Counted from the stretch's first letter, positions 24,678 through 37,429 are shown. The stretch: DNA of 64,000 bases from Octopus sinensis (GCF_006345805.1 NC_043005.1:49724001-49788000), one strand, 5' to 3'. Made by a program: numbers and translations. Notes: generated by a model from the sequence alone, not told the origin.

Positions 24678-25727
24678 AAAGCATGTGTTATACCACTATT
24701 CCCCAAATACAAAAATAGCATACCAACAATCCAACACACCTCCATCATCAGCTGCCCCACAGAGATCATTATGGTTTCATAGTACCATTCAACATTTGAA
24801 TGGGCAGTACCATTCAATCTGGTGGTGTCAACAGCACTAAAATAAGTGTTGTTTGGGAACAAACAAACCAAAGAAACCACAACTTTTAAACACATTTATC
24901 CTATGTACAACAGTATCGGTAAATAAATTCAATAAGTAAATCAATAACAACTCCTAAATATGGAACTAAATAGTGACCAAACCTTTACATCATACATTTT
25001 ATTCCTTACAGTCTTCCATAGTATAAGAAAAGTGAAAGCTTAATAACCACATTCATTCAATCTAAATATAGGCAGAATTATAAACACTAACTTTAAAATT
25101 AAACTACACCAAATTCATCATTTTAGTGTCTGCTTTCCATGCTGCCATGGGTAAAATGGGTTTGATTGGAACTGGTAAGCCAGAGAACTACACCACATTC
25201 CACTCCAAGAGTTACCCTCTATGTTACATGCCTGTAACTCCATCTCTCACCCCTTTTCATTAAATACTTCAGTTAGGACATCTCTAAATTTCTGATTATT
25301 CAAAGGAACCTTAAGTTTCCAGATCCTTAGCATATACACAGTTCTATGGCTAAGAAGTTTGCTTCACAACCATATGATTTTGGGTTCAGTTCCACAGTAT
25401 AACACTTTGGACAAGTGTCTTCTCCTATAGCCTTGGGCTGAGCAATGCCTCGTAAGTAATAAATAGCTGGAGAAGCTGTGTGTGTACGTGTGAGAGACAG
25501 AGAGAGAGAGAATGTGTGTGAGTGTGAGTGAGATTGGGTATGTGTGTGTGAGAATGTGTATGTGTGTCTTGTCCATGTGATGTTTTGTTTATGTCACACA
25601 TGAACAAAGAGTAAGGGTCAGTGCCAAGGAGAGCATCCAGCATTTTATAAAAAGCGAAGATAAAATCAGTGATGATAATATTTATCATCATTATCAAGAT
25701 GTAAAATATTAAAGGCAAAAAACTTAC

Positions 25728-25859
25728 TTTTCAAACAAATAGCACTGTCTGTAGGACATTTCACAGCTCTTCCAGAAGGCATAATATCGTGACAGACATT
25801 GAGGAGTATTTCTGCATCATCATTATACTCATGACCATTTAGTGCAACCCAATTATTAT
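25728..25859 (-). CDS. IGF2R: CI-MPR exon, domain 4 (NNWVALNG...LNVCHD...SAICLK)
   Basis: Translated by hand. tttcag acceptor, GTAAGT donor, 132 nt, phase 1 to 1. Confidence 0.93.
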
Positions 25860-26051
25860 CTGAAACAGAGAAATGATGTATATATTATAATTATCTTTAT
25901 TGTGGTATGAACAAAAGTTGTAGTTGTTTATCACAAGCCCCAAAGTCATTGCTGAATTAGTAGACATATGATCTATGCTCTCCAGATGTGATGAACTTGT
26001 CATTTTCTGGCCGATCTCTAACTGTGGAGGGAACCTGTGTAAGAGGTAGAG

Positions 26052-26622
26052 CCATAGCGTTTATAACAGATAAAAAGAAAGACAATGGAATTCACAAGAT
26101 TCTTTATTAATCACTACGATTGCTTTGACCCATCGTGCATCAGTTCGTTGTGGGTGAGATGTTGTACAAACAGTTGTGCATCATTGATGCAGATGTGTCT
26201 CACCACGTGACTTGTCAAAAGGAAACTCATTTTTTTTTAATCTCCACTTTGCTTATTTTGATTAGAATGCAGTTTGGTACTTGCTTGTAGCTACTTGCGT
26301 ACACAAGAATCTTGAGTTACAGTGAAGAACACTTCTTGCCATAGCGTTTATAACAGATAAAAGAATCAATGAATTCACAAGATTCTGTATTAATCACTAC
26401 GATTGCCTTTGACCCATCGTGCATCAGTTCGTTGTGGGTGAGATGTTGTACAAACAGTTGTGCATCATTGATGCAGATGTGTCTCACCACGTGACTTGTC
26501 AAAAGGAAACTCATTTTTTTTTAATCTCCACTTTGCTTATTTTGATTAGAATGCAGTTTGGTACTTGCTTGTAGCTACTTGCGTACACAAGAATCTTGAG
26601 TTACAGTGAAGAACACTTCTTG
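26052..26622. repeat. Tandem duplication of a unit of about 285 bp
   Basis: 26052-26338 and 26339-26622; differences only in the first ~75 bp. Confidence 0.92.
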
Positions 26623-28092
26623 CATATGATGAAAACCGTACACATTACAGTGAAGAACACTTCTATGAGAAGTGTTCTTCATTGTAACTCAAGTTTCTCA
26701 TGTATGTGGTGGCTACAGATAACTACCAAAATGTATTCTAATCAAAATAAGTGAAAAGGATAAAAAAAATATGAGGTATCTTTTAAAAAGTCACCTGATG
26801 AGAAACAGCTGCACCAACAATGCACCACAACTGTACACAAAAGTAGAATAAACACAACATTCACTATTCCCTCCACACGTTTCCCCATTGTGGTTTGTTG
26901 CATCTTCTACAATGTGTGTTAATAGTGCATTGGGTGAAAATCCATAACTTCTTCAGAGGACCAGTTCATTATATTATATTATATTTATATAAAAGAACAA
27001 ATGCTTGTCCTGGGATAAATGGCATGATTTTATATAAATATGTTCAGAGGATAGAGAAAGAGAGAAACAGAAAGAATGAACAAACAAGAGAGAGAGAGGG
27101 AGAGAGAAGGATGGGTAGAAAAAAGAGAGAAGGAAGAAAAGGGGTAAAAGGAAACAGACTGAAAAGACAGGGACAATACAAAGGTAATAATATTGGATAG
27201 GGATTAGCTCCTTAAAATGACTATATCATCGTCATCATTATCTACATTTAATGTTGGTTTTTCCATGCTGGCATGGTTTGGATGGTTTGACAAGAGCTGG
27301 CCAACTGAAGAGCTGCTTGGGGTCCATGTCTGCTTTGGCATGGTTTCTTTGGCTGGATGTTGTTCCTGAAGCCAACCACTTTACAGAGTGTACTGAGCAT
27401 GGGTGTTTTCACATGACACTGACACAGGTGCTTTTTATGTGGCACTGACACCCATGAGCCTGCAAGCCTGGAAGAGTAGGATTGTTTGGCTGAAATGGGA
27501 TGTAAAGGACATGCCTGTATGCAAGGACGACCATGATTTTACTTTGCTTGACATGTCTTCTAAAGTACAGCAAACTGCCAGAGGATTCAGTTCCTTGTCA
27601 TCCCTTCTGTGAGGCCCAACATCTGAAGGTCTTTCCTCACCACTTTGCCCTACATCTTCCTGGGTCTATACTTTCCACACATTCCCTCCACAATTAAAGA
27701 TTGACAATTCTTGATGCAGCTGTTTTTATACATATATATATATATATATATATTATAATATGAGGGAATATTATTCCAAACTTACAGGGAAAATTCAATT
27801 TAGAAATACTAAATCAAATTTCACAAAATATTATATATAAATTAGAAAAAACCACCTTTTATCAACTCAATAATGAAAAATTAAATTATACCATCTAGAA
27901 AATTACATATTATACATATTATAGAAAGATTAAATATAAGATAAAACATATAACGATGATTAAGTAATGTGCAAAATAATAAATAAAACCTATATATTTG
28001 GTATATTTTATTTTTTCATTATTGAACACACATACACACACAAAGACTATCAATATATACACATTAGAATACTATATAGATTTATACTTTAC

Positions 28093-28248
28093 CAGAGGTA
28101 TATCTGAGGCTGGACAAATCAAAAAGTTTGCCATTATTTACAGTGTTGCACTTTTCCTGTAATGGATGATCAATGCAGGCATAGGGTGTATACCAATCAA
28201 AGTAGTAGCTGCAATATTCTTCAAAACGGTAAACTGGTTTGCTATTTA
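28093..28248 (-). CDS. IGF2R: CI-MPR exon, domains 3/4 (NSKPVYRFEEYCSYYFDWYTPYAC...LRYTS)
   Basis: ttccag acceptor, GTAAAG donor, 156 nt, phase 1 to 1. Confidence 0.94.
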
Positions 28249-28420
28249 CTGGAACAAAAATGGTAAACAACACCAACTTAATTATAATCAAGTGCAAATG
28301 AAAATTTCTAATAACTGTGATATGTAACATTGTTACAAAGGGGGAAAGAAAAAAATGATGGGGAGATACATAGGTGATTAAAATTGATGTCAGTATTTGA
28401 TCAGTATCAATTTTAATTTC

Positions 28421-28629
28421 AGAAACACACAAAAGCTGTTCGATTCACTTCAACATTTAAGTTTAATTTGTCAAAATATTTTCTTCGCTTTAAGACCGCG
28501 ACCTGTTTACTGACAAAAACCCGTGCTGCATTTTTGTCAGTGAACAGGTCGCAGTCTTAAAGCGACGAAAATATTTTGACAAATTAAACTTAAATGTTGA
28601 AGTGAATCGAACGGCTTTTGTGTGTTTCT
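28421..28629. repeat. Near-perfect palindrome, 99-bp arms, 11-nt loop (probable fold-back MITE)
   Basis: Four mismatches counted by eye between 28421-28519 and 28531-28629. Confidence 0.9.
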
Positions 28630-31289
28630 TAAATGGCTTACAAACACCTTCCACGCTGCAATTGTTTTTGTTTCAGCACACGATCTCAGATCAAATCACT
28701 TGCTATGCAAGTACATCTCTGTAATTTTAATTTCATTTTATCAATCTCAGAAGGTTGAGAGACAAAGCTGATAATCATTGAACCTAAAATGTAAAGTGTT
28801 GTAATTAAATAATGCAATGCAAATTTGTCTGACACTCTACTATTCTAACAATCATTAATGTGTTGTTATTGGTAGTCTCTTGTATCCAAGAAAGATGATT
28901 CTGCAATTTCTTAGGGAACAACCTGCACAGATGATTTGTTTATAGTGATCAAATGTGCGTGCTGTACATGAGCTCACTGCTGCCATGAAATCAACATTGG
29001 CTGTACAATTGCTTGGGGTATCAAATGTCAACGTGATCACAGAGCAATGTGAAATAAAGCGTTTTGCTCAAGAGTACAATGCATCAACAAGTCTTGGAAA
29101 TGAAACTACAATGCTGAAACAGTAAGTATAATACCCTAACAATATTGATTGGTAAATGTATATGCTGAAACTTATATACTGAAAGCCAAACTGTGGATGA
29201 TCCAGAGATCAAACTGGCAATAATTGCAGTTTTTAGCAAGGTTCTCTAAATATGAATTTGTTTTAACCCACAGGTGCACTCTGTTACCATAGTAAAAGGA
29301 ACTCTACCTTAAACCAAGACAGAAGCCTCTATACAGCCACCCAATCTGCTACAAATAATAGCAAACTCTCCCTCAAATGAGATCCCTTTTGTCTTGAAGG
29401 ATATACATTAAATAATGAAGTACTAATCCAGGACTAACAAAAACCATTATAGTTCACAAGTCAACAAGGGGTCTTTTATACAGTCACTCAACCTACTAGA
29501 AGTAATAACCAAATCTACTATCTTAAAAAAGAAAAAGAACATATTGGATAATCAAGTCCTAAACATATTGCATGCATGGAAAAAGAAAATGGTTGTAGTA
29601 GGAATTCCTTTGTTTGATCAGAAATAACCTGGTGGGAAAAACAACCATGACTTACAAAAGCTTCTTCAGTATGCAACCAGATACATTAGATATCTTACAC
29701 AAAGATTTTTGGCAGTGTGGTTGAGAAGCTTGTTTGCCAATCACATAATCTTGGATTCAGTCACTCTGTGGCACCTTGTACACGTATCTTCTACTATAGC
29801 CCTAGGCCAACCAATGCCTTATGAGTGGATTTGGTTGATGTAAACTGAAAGAAGCTCAACATGCGTATGTGAGGGGGGGGGGGAGTGCTTAGTAGTGGGT
29901 CTTTGGCCCATGAGTTCAATTACTGGCAGTGCATTATGTCCTTGTGCAAGACACTTTATCTCACGTTGGTCCAGTCCACTCAGCTGGCAAAAATAAGTTG
30001 TAACTGTATTTCAAAGGATCAGTCTTATCACAATCTGTATCGCACTGAAGTTCTCAGTGAACTATGTTAAGGATATGCGTGTCTGTGGATTGCACAGCCA
30101 CTGACATGTTAATTTCACAAGCAGGTTATCCCATAGATCGAATCAACTGGAACCCTCATTGTCGCAATCAATGGAGTATCAGTTACCTTTGCTGGGACAT
30201 CACATGATGGATGTAAATGAGTATCATCTCATACAAGTAAGGGTATTCATTTCCAGTTTCCAATGAAAAATATATCTAGCTATGAGAATATATTACCTTG
30301 CTTGGAAACAAGTAAGAGCTGGTAACAGCAAGGCACCCAACTGTAGAAAATCTACTGCAACAATTTCCACCTGACCCATGCAAACATGGAAAAGTGGATG
30401 TTAAATGATGGTGATGATGATGTTACTATGTTTTAATTGACTTTAGACTATGTGTGATATATATTTTATTAACAGTAGAAAGTAGTTGATACTGTTTAAA
30501 CTAGGTGAGCCCAAATCAAGCTGGCCTACAATCAAATGTGTTCTAGCTGTGATCATCCTACATTTTTTTTCTAGGACTGTTTTTAGCTTTAAACAATATG
30601 ATGTGCTTCTCGTCAATTAATACTGTAAAATGTAATTTGATGTACACTTGGCTGCTATTTCCAGCATTTCTAGCATTTCAAGTAACACTGTAGCAGCTTT
30701 CTCAGAATGTGGAGGAGTGACCTACCATTTCTACCACTAGCCATCTAATAACGGATACTGTACTTGAATTAATACCTGAAAATCTCTTAGAATTTGGAGA
30801 AATTTTAATTAGATAGTTGTCATTTTACATTACTAAGTGGTTGGGTACTCTGTTGGTTATGATGACGAGGGATCCACTGCATTCTATCGGCAGAACAGCT
30901 TGCTCATGACTTTAACCAGCAAGTGGCTGAGCACTCCACAGACACATACCATTAGCTTAGTTCTCAGGGAGATTCAGCATGGAACAAAATTTGACAAGGC
31001 TGGCCCTTTGAATTACAGGTACAACTCATTTTCAGCAGCTGAGTGAGTGAACAAGAACAATATGAAAACAAAAAATTTTGCTCAAGGACTCAACATGCTG
31101 CTGGGAATTGAACTCCTGACCTTACATTCATGAACCAAATACACAAACCACTAAGCCACACACCTTCACGAAGCTAGAATCAGGAACATTATGGCATAAA
31201 ATCATGGTTGAAGGTTTTAAACTTAAAAAGAAACATTTTAAAACTGGCAGTTTTGCATAAAGAGAACCTAGGTTGGTGTTGAGAAGATT

Positions 31290-31954
31290 TTAAAAGATGT
31301 AGGTGTCAAAATCAAATATTACAAACCACTTGGTCTATTGTTCTACCTATTCTTTTAACTTATGACCTTCCATTGGTTTTTTTTTCAATGATTAAATTTT
31401 TTTATTTATTTATTGCAATTAAGTCAATTTAAGACACATTTGAAACAGATGTTGCCATACATTACCAGATGTCACCATGAAAAAATGGGCAGCCACTGTT
31501 AGCCAAAATTTATATAGTGAAATTAAATAATTCTAAAGTGACAAAATCCTTTATGAAATAAAACTATTTTCAAATATTATTAAGAGTATTGTATTTTACT
31601 TGAACTACTGTAATGTGTAAATGATATATTGTTTTAAAAAAGAAAAATACCTTTAGGCAGTATTGGTGAGAATATGTAAGGAGATGCCAATAAATAAAAG
31701 CAAAGATATGATATTGTATTGCCTTATACATTTTATCTGACTACTTCACGCATAAATCAAAATGGTAAATGATAGTCTTGAATGAAGTACTATATTCACG
31801 GCGAGGAAGGTTTCCATGACTTTTTTTATTATTATTATTTCCTAATTTTACAATTACTGCATATCAACAAATATTTAAGTGGGAAATAAAATATATTTAC
31901 CTTACAAACTGCAGAACTGACCAGTATTTGATTTTCACACCCTACATCTTTTTA
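31290..31954. mobile_element. Possible non-autonomous DNA transposon with about 31-bp TIRs and TTAA ends (Kolobok-like?)
   Basis: ttaaaagatgtaggtgtcaaaatcaaatatt / agtatttgattttcacacctacatctttttaa. Confidence 0.55.
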
Positions 31955-32932
31955 ATTGACTGACAAGTTGTAGTGAAATTATTTGCCCACCTCAAAAGTA
32001 AGTAATTTCAAATCATAGGGAAAAAAACCGCATTCAATAGACTGAAGTAGATTATAGCAAAATCAACTGACTGAATGTTTTAGTAAATTCATTTGCTATT
32101 TTTATTACCTTTCTCTCTCATTTTCCAGTCTCCCCATCATTATCTTTTTAATTTCATTACAGTCTATTGTTTGTTGTGTTTGAGAATGAAATATTCATAG
32201 CCATTTGTTTTTTCAGTAGTGTGCAAGGGAAAATTAACTTTGATAAAAATAAAATGCAAACCTTATTTTTCCTAATGTTGCATGTGAATTCAATAATAAG
32301 TTGAATAAATTCATTTTTTAAATTCAATTTCTTCAAATAAATTACTTGAGAGTCTTCTTGATCTGAGGAAAGTATGCGATGGACAAACAAATGGGTGGAA
32401 GGACAGAGAAACAGAGGTCTTATAATATAAAGTATTTTGATTATCCAAGAGAGGTGAATGGCCAGAATTGTTAGAACGTTGAACAAAATGTCCCACAGTA
32501 TTTCTTCCATCTATTTATAGTTTGAGTTCAAATCTTGCAAAGGTCAACTTTGTATTTAACTCTTTTAGGGTCTATACAATAGAGGAGCAATCAAATACTG
32601 GAGTTGATTTAATCAACTAACTCCCATCCTTTAAAACTGCCGGCTTTGTGTCTATATTACAAATTTTAAGAGCAGTGGATTGGCAAGATCAATAGAGTTC
32701 CAGACAAAATGCCTTTCAATATTTGCCTCATAATCTAATGTAAGAACTTTTACATTAAATTACATTACTCCTATCACATAAAAGGCCAGAATTTATGAAT
32801 AAACATAAAGTTAATTATCTTATTAAAATCTTGATTATTTTTATAATTAATTGAAACAAATAGGTAGTTTATTTCATCTGATATCAGGTTGTGGAACAGT
32901 CTAGAAAGAAAATGAAAATATAAAATACACAC

Positions 32933-33036
32933 CAGCAGATTTATTACAATGAAATTCAATAATTGTTTTCCGTTTTAAATTTGAGGAACATTTTTGGCCT
33001 TCTTTATATGTCAGTGTCAGATGACGATCATTGTAT
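32933..33036 (-). CDS. IGF2R: CI-MPR exon, domain 3 (YNDRHLTLTYKEGQKCSSNLKRKTIIEFHCNKSA)
   Basis: caacag acceptor, weak GTGTGT donor chosen to match the phase of the next exon, 104 nt. Confidence 0.9.
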
Positions 33037-34688
33037 CTGTTGGTAATAAAGAAATAAAGATATAAAAAAAAGGAGTAAAAACATAAGCAGAGACACAGAG
33101 GAAGATGCAAGCATAAGTAGAAATATTACTTTGTAACAAAGATCTAGCACAGCATAGCTGTCAGTCACAAGTTGACTGAGACTTTGTAGCAAGAAGCAAG
33201 CTTTCATTAATTGTTGTAGGTGCCTATGCAGTTAGAAGCAGACATAGACAGTCTCTTAGTCTTTCTGCCCTTAATATCAGATATGTGATGGTTGGAAAGA
33301 GAGAAGCACTTGGTGGCACTCAATTTCCATAGTAACAAGTGAAGTTGTTACCACAAGTTCCTTTTGTTGTTTATTAAATACTTAAAACACATGCATGAGA
33401 TGTGCTAAAAATAACAGTTTAATAGGCCTTAAACAAAATCAAAATTGAAATGCCTTGCTCAAGTACACAATGTGTAACCCTGTCAAGAAATCAGTACTAA
33501 GGGTACATGACCCCAGAATACTGACCAGAGTGGACATCTGATTTTATAGACACCTCACAGTACTTTGTTGGCATTTACTTTATCTACCCTGAGATAATGC
33601 AAAGTAAAGTTGACCTCAATAAGACTTGAACTCTAAATGTCAAGGCTCTAGAAAAGTTTTATCACAAGGCATTTTATTTGATGCACAAATGATTCTCATA
33701 AACTACTGCCCTTCAACAAAAAAAGGCAAAATAGTAGAGTATCCACGTAATTTTTGAATAGTTATATGGTCAAAAGTGTATTTAGTGATAGAACACACTA
33801 ATTAGCTGAAGTGTATTCAGATAGAAGGTAAAATGGATCTTTTCTGTTTGGTTGCACCTATGGAAATTTCAAAGTTTAGTGAAAAATTTTTAATTTGGTG
33901 TATTGATGTAATTTTCCACGTTGAATCTCAGGAGATAATTCACTTTTTCTGGAAAATTTAACAAAAAACAAAAAGTTATGGAGGTTTAAAGTTTGATCAT
34001 TTTTAACCAGTCAGAAAACAGGATTTGGAAGTTGTCATTTTGTGCATGAAAGAACGTGCTGTCAACTGTAAACAAATGAAATATTGGTGGCATTCTGCTT
34101 TATGCATACCATATAACTCCTCATAACTTTATCTTTTTGCAATTTTCAGAAAATTTTTGAAAATTTGTATTCTACGCACAGGAATTCATACAATTATGCA
34201 AAAACCAGAACAAAAAATCTTTTTGTGATTTTAAGGTCTATTTAACTGTTATTTTTAGCACATCTCATGCAACATGTGTTTTAAGTATTTAATAAACAAC
34301 AAAAAGAACTTGTGGTAACAACTTCACTTGTTGCAATGGAAACAGGCACCTATATGTCTGTGGCTTTCAATTGGCTAAAATTACCCAAAATTTACACACT
34401 TTAGAAGCTATTAACTCTTTATTTATTGATTCATGTCAACAGTTACTGTAGAAAATTACACCAATATGCCAAGCTTGAAATCAATTGGAACAAAAATTGA
34501 AGATATTGAAAAGTGACAGTCAAACAAGAACATAAACCACATAAATCTCACAGCTAGGAAGGTCTTGGAATGCAATGATTATAGCTGTCTCCTTTAGATC
34601 AAGCATCAAAATATAAAGAAACAAAGGTAAAAAAAAATATGCATTGCTAGAATGAAGACAGTAGCATGATTTGCTTAAATTTACTAAC

Positions 34689-34875
34689 CTTAAGACTGAA
34701 TGTTGATTACTACCAAGGACTCTGGCAAATTCGTCATTATCAGGCTTCCTTTGACACACAGAAGGGTGATATCTGTCATCTTCCACACTTCCAAAGCATC
34801 CTATTGTGTGGCCAATTGCCAAACTAATCTTGTACTTAGTACCGTCTTTTTCAGTTGCATCTACGATATAATTCT
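34689..34875 (-). CDS. IGF2R: CI-MPR exon, domain 3 (NYIVDATE...PSVCQRK...HSVLR)
   Basis: cttcag acceptor, GTTAGT donor, 187 nt, phase 1 to 2. Confidence 0.92.
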
Positions 34876-35119
34876 CTGAAGAACAAAATATAACATAAGT
34901 CCAAAAAATTAAAATCTTTCCCGTGAATATATTTTACAGAACTATCATGTACTACATGTATTCGTAATGCTGTTTTGAGCCAACATTGCATTGTATTGTT
35001 TGCTTTCTCAAAATAACTGCTGGAAGATTATATACAGGTGAAGACATGGCTTTGTGGGTAAGGAGTTTGCATCCCAACCACATGGTTTTGGGATCAATCT
35101 CACTGCATGGTACCTTGGA

Positions 35120-35359
35120 CATACATATATACATACACACACATATATATATATACATATACATATATGTATATATATATATATATATAGATACGTATAT
35201 ATATATATACACACACACATATATATATATATATACATATATATATAGATACGTACGTATATATATACACACACACACACATATATATATACATATATAT
35301 AGATACGTACGTATATATATACATACACATACATATATATATACATATATATAGATACG

Positions 35360-35426
<67 letters not shown>
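35120..35426. repeat. Compound (TA)/(CA)/tacg microsatellite; a further tract at 35740-35945
   Basis: Direct inspection. Confidence 0.9.
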
Positions 35427-35435
<9 letters not shown>

Positions 35436-35660
35436 TATTAGAGACAAAACCACTATTTTGCAAAACAAACAAGGAAAGACTTAATCAATACATAAAATTT
35501 TAATAAATAGTCAAAAAAAACCGCCACTACAATTGTTTCTTGTCTTGATCGACAATCTTCAGGTGGACTTCCAATAAGTCAGTTTAAAATTTTATGTATT
35601 GATTAAGTCTTTCCTTGTTTGTTTTGCAAAATAGTGGTTTTGTCTCTAATAATATTTTAT
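35427..35660. repeat. Perfect 77-bp inverted repeat enclosing the hammerhead motif; putative Penelope-like pLTR fragment
   Basis: 35427-35503 is the exact reverse complement of 35584-35660. It sits next to a (TA)n tract. Confidence 0.85.
35524..35566 (-). ncRNA. Minimal type-I hammerhead ribozyme motif (Penelope-like-element type)
   Basis: Minus strand reads CCAC CUGAAGA UUGUC gaucaa GACAA GAAA C aauu G UA GUGG. Stems I, II and III all pair around a canonical core; the triplet is GUA. Confidence 0.75.
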
Positions 35661-35742
35661 AATATTTTACTATAAAATTGGATTTAATCCTAAATCTGAT
35701 TTTTTCCCTGTAAATTTGGATTTATTCCCTAATATTTATTAT

Positions 35743-35792
<50 letters not shown>

Positions 35793-36187
35793 GAACATAT
35801 ATATAGAGATAGACAGATAGATAGATACATATATACAGATAATATATAAATATATATAGATACATATATACAGATAATATATATAAATATAGGTACATAT
35901 ATACAGATAATACATAAATATATATAGATACAAATATACAGATAATAACCAAGAAAAAAGCAACAAGAATGGATCGGTAGATTAGTACAATTGTTTCATA
36001 CTAAAAACATTTAATTTCAATATTGTATTGACACAGGGCCATGCAGTGAAATCGAACCCAGAACCATGTGCTTGGGCAACAAACTTCTTACGATGCAGTC
36101 CCACACACACACTCACATATTTACACATAGAACAAAAATTTCACATGAAGCAAATAAGAGGGAAAAGGGTCAAAGGAATAAACTTAC

Positions 36188-36347
36188 TCTTTGATAGGGG
36201 TGTAAGATCAAAATCAATATCATCTTTCTCCCGAATGAGTTGTAAAGAATTCTTCACAGAAATTTCAGATTCTTCACAAGCATACTGTGTGATCCAATCA
36301 ACTTTAAACAGACAATCACTCTGTGAAACTATTGGAGAATTGCCTTC
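36188..36347 (-). CDS. IGF2R: CI-MPR exon, domains 2/3 (EGNSPIVSQSDCLFKVDWITQYAC...DFDLTPLSK)
   Basis: Not in the ORF track; translated by hand. ctccag acceptor, GTAAGT donor, 160 nt, phase 0 to 1; bridges the flanking exon phases. Confidence 0.93.
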
Positions 36348-37429
36348 CTGGAGAATAGAAAATGGAAGAAGAAATATTGGTGATTTTAAGTGTGAAATAA
36401 TGCAATTTTAGAACATTCCAGCAAGTATGAAGTACAAGAACAAAGAGAAAAATTTGTTATTTTAAAAATTTAGTGATTTATTGTCAAACAAACAGACAGA
36501 AAGATAACCACTCAGGGTACAAATTTATGAGTTTAGAGGAAATGAGTGAGTGATTTTAGTGCTTTTCTCTACAACACAAGTAATATATTTTAATTTAAAT
36601 TGACTCACAGTTGAGGAATTGAAGTTATGTTGTGGATTCACCTTCATAGAATATTAATTAAATGCCTAAATTAAATGGTTACAACTTTTCAAACTATCAA
36701 TTTCAACTTTAGAAACAACAGACTTTTTCAATATTTACATCTTCACACAATCCCCACACTATCACACCTACTTACTTACCTTTTCTCTTCATCTATCCTA
36801 TTCTCTCTCTCGTATTCACCTTGTACCTTGACTCCACTTTTCTCTCCCTAGATCTCTCTTCCAGATGGGAAAGCAATGTATTCATTGCTTCAGCAAGATA
36901 CCTGCTTCTGGGCCTCAACAATACTTCCATATCCCTCATTACTACATCACCCCACTCCCATCTCAGTCGAGGTGGGGTGTCTTGATTTGTGAGTTACTTG
37001 GTAACCTTGCTAGTGCTGGGGTCATGAAAAAAGCAACCAGTGCACTTTGTGAAGTGGTTGACATTAGAACCGAGCACCCAGCTGCAGAAACTATGCCAAA
37101 GCAGACACTGAAGCTTGGTGCAGCCCTCTTGTCAGTTCATGTCAAACCAGCCAACCCATGTCAGCTTAAAAAAATACACATTACATATTCATAAATATTT
37201 TCTGATTAGCATGATTTCCTATTGTCATCAGGTGTCACATTCCCGGTTGTGTACAGAGTACCAAACTGGATTCAAACTGTAAATTCTTCAGTAAAAGCTA
37301 AAATATAGTTATGACATAGAAGTTACTAACTGAAATGGTACTATGCACACATCTAGGAATAAGATAACCAATGACTATCAGTGATCAAAATGATTGAAAC
37401 ATATAGTTATAAAGATATAAAATAATAAT

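Noticed and set aside
24770-24815. CTGATGA and GAAA on the minus strand near 24750-24790
   Set aside because: Stems II and III do not pair and there is no valid NUH triplet; not a hammerhead.
26052-26622. Repeats as a CRISPR-like array
   Set aside because: Eukaryotic intron, two long units and no spacers.
34952-35966. Many long [12 protein letters not shown] ORFs in the ORF track (also at 17691-18091, 19770-20286 and 58733-59509)
   Set aside because: Translations of dinucleotide microsatellites, not genes.
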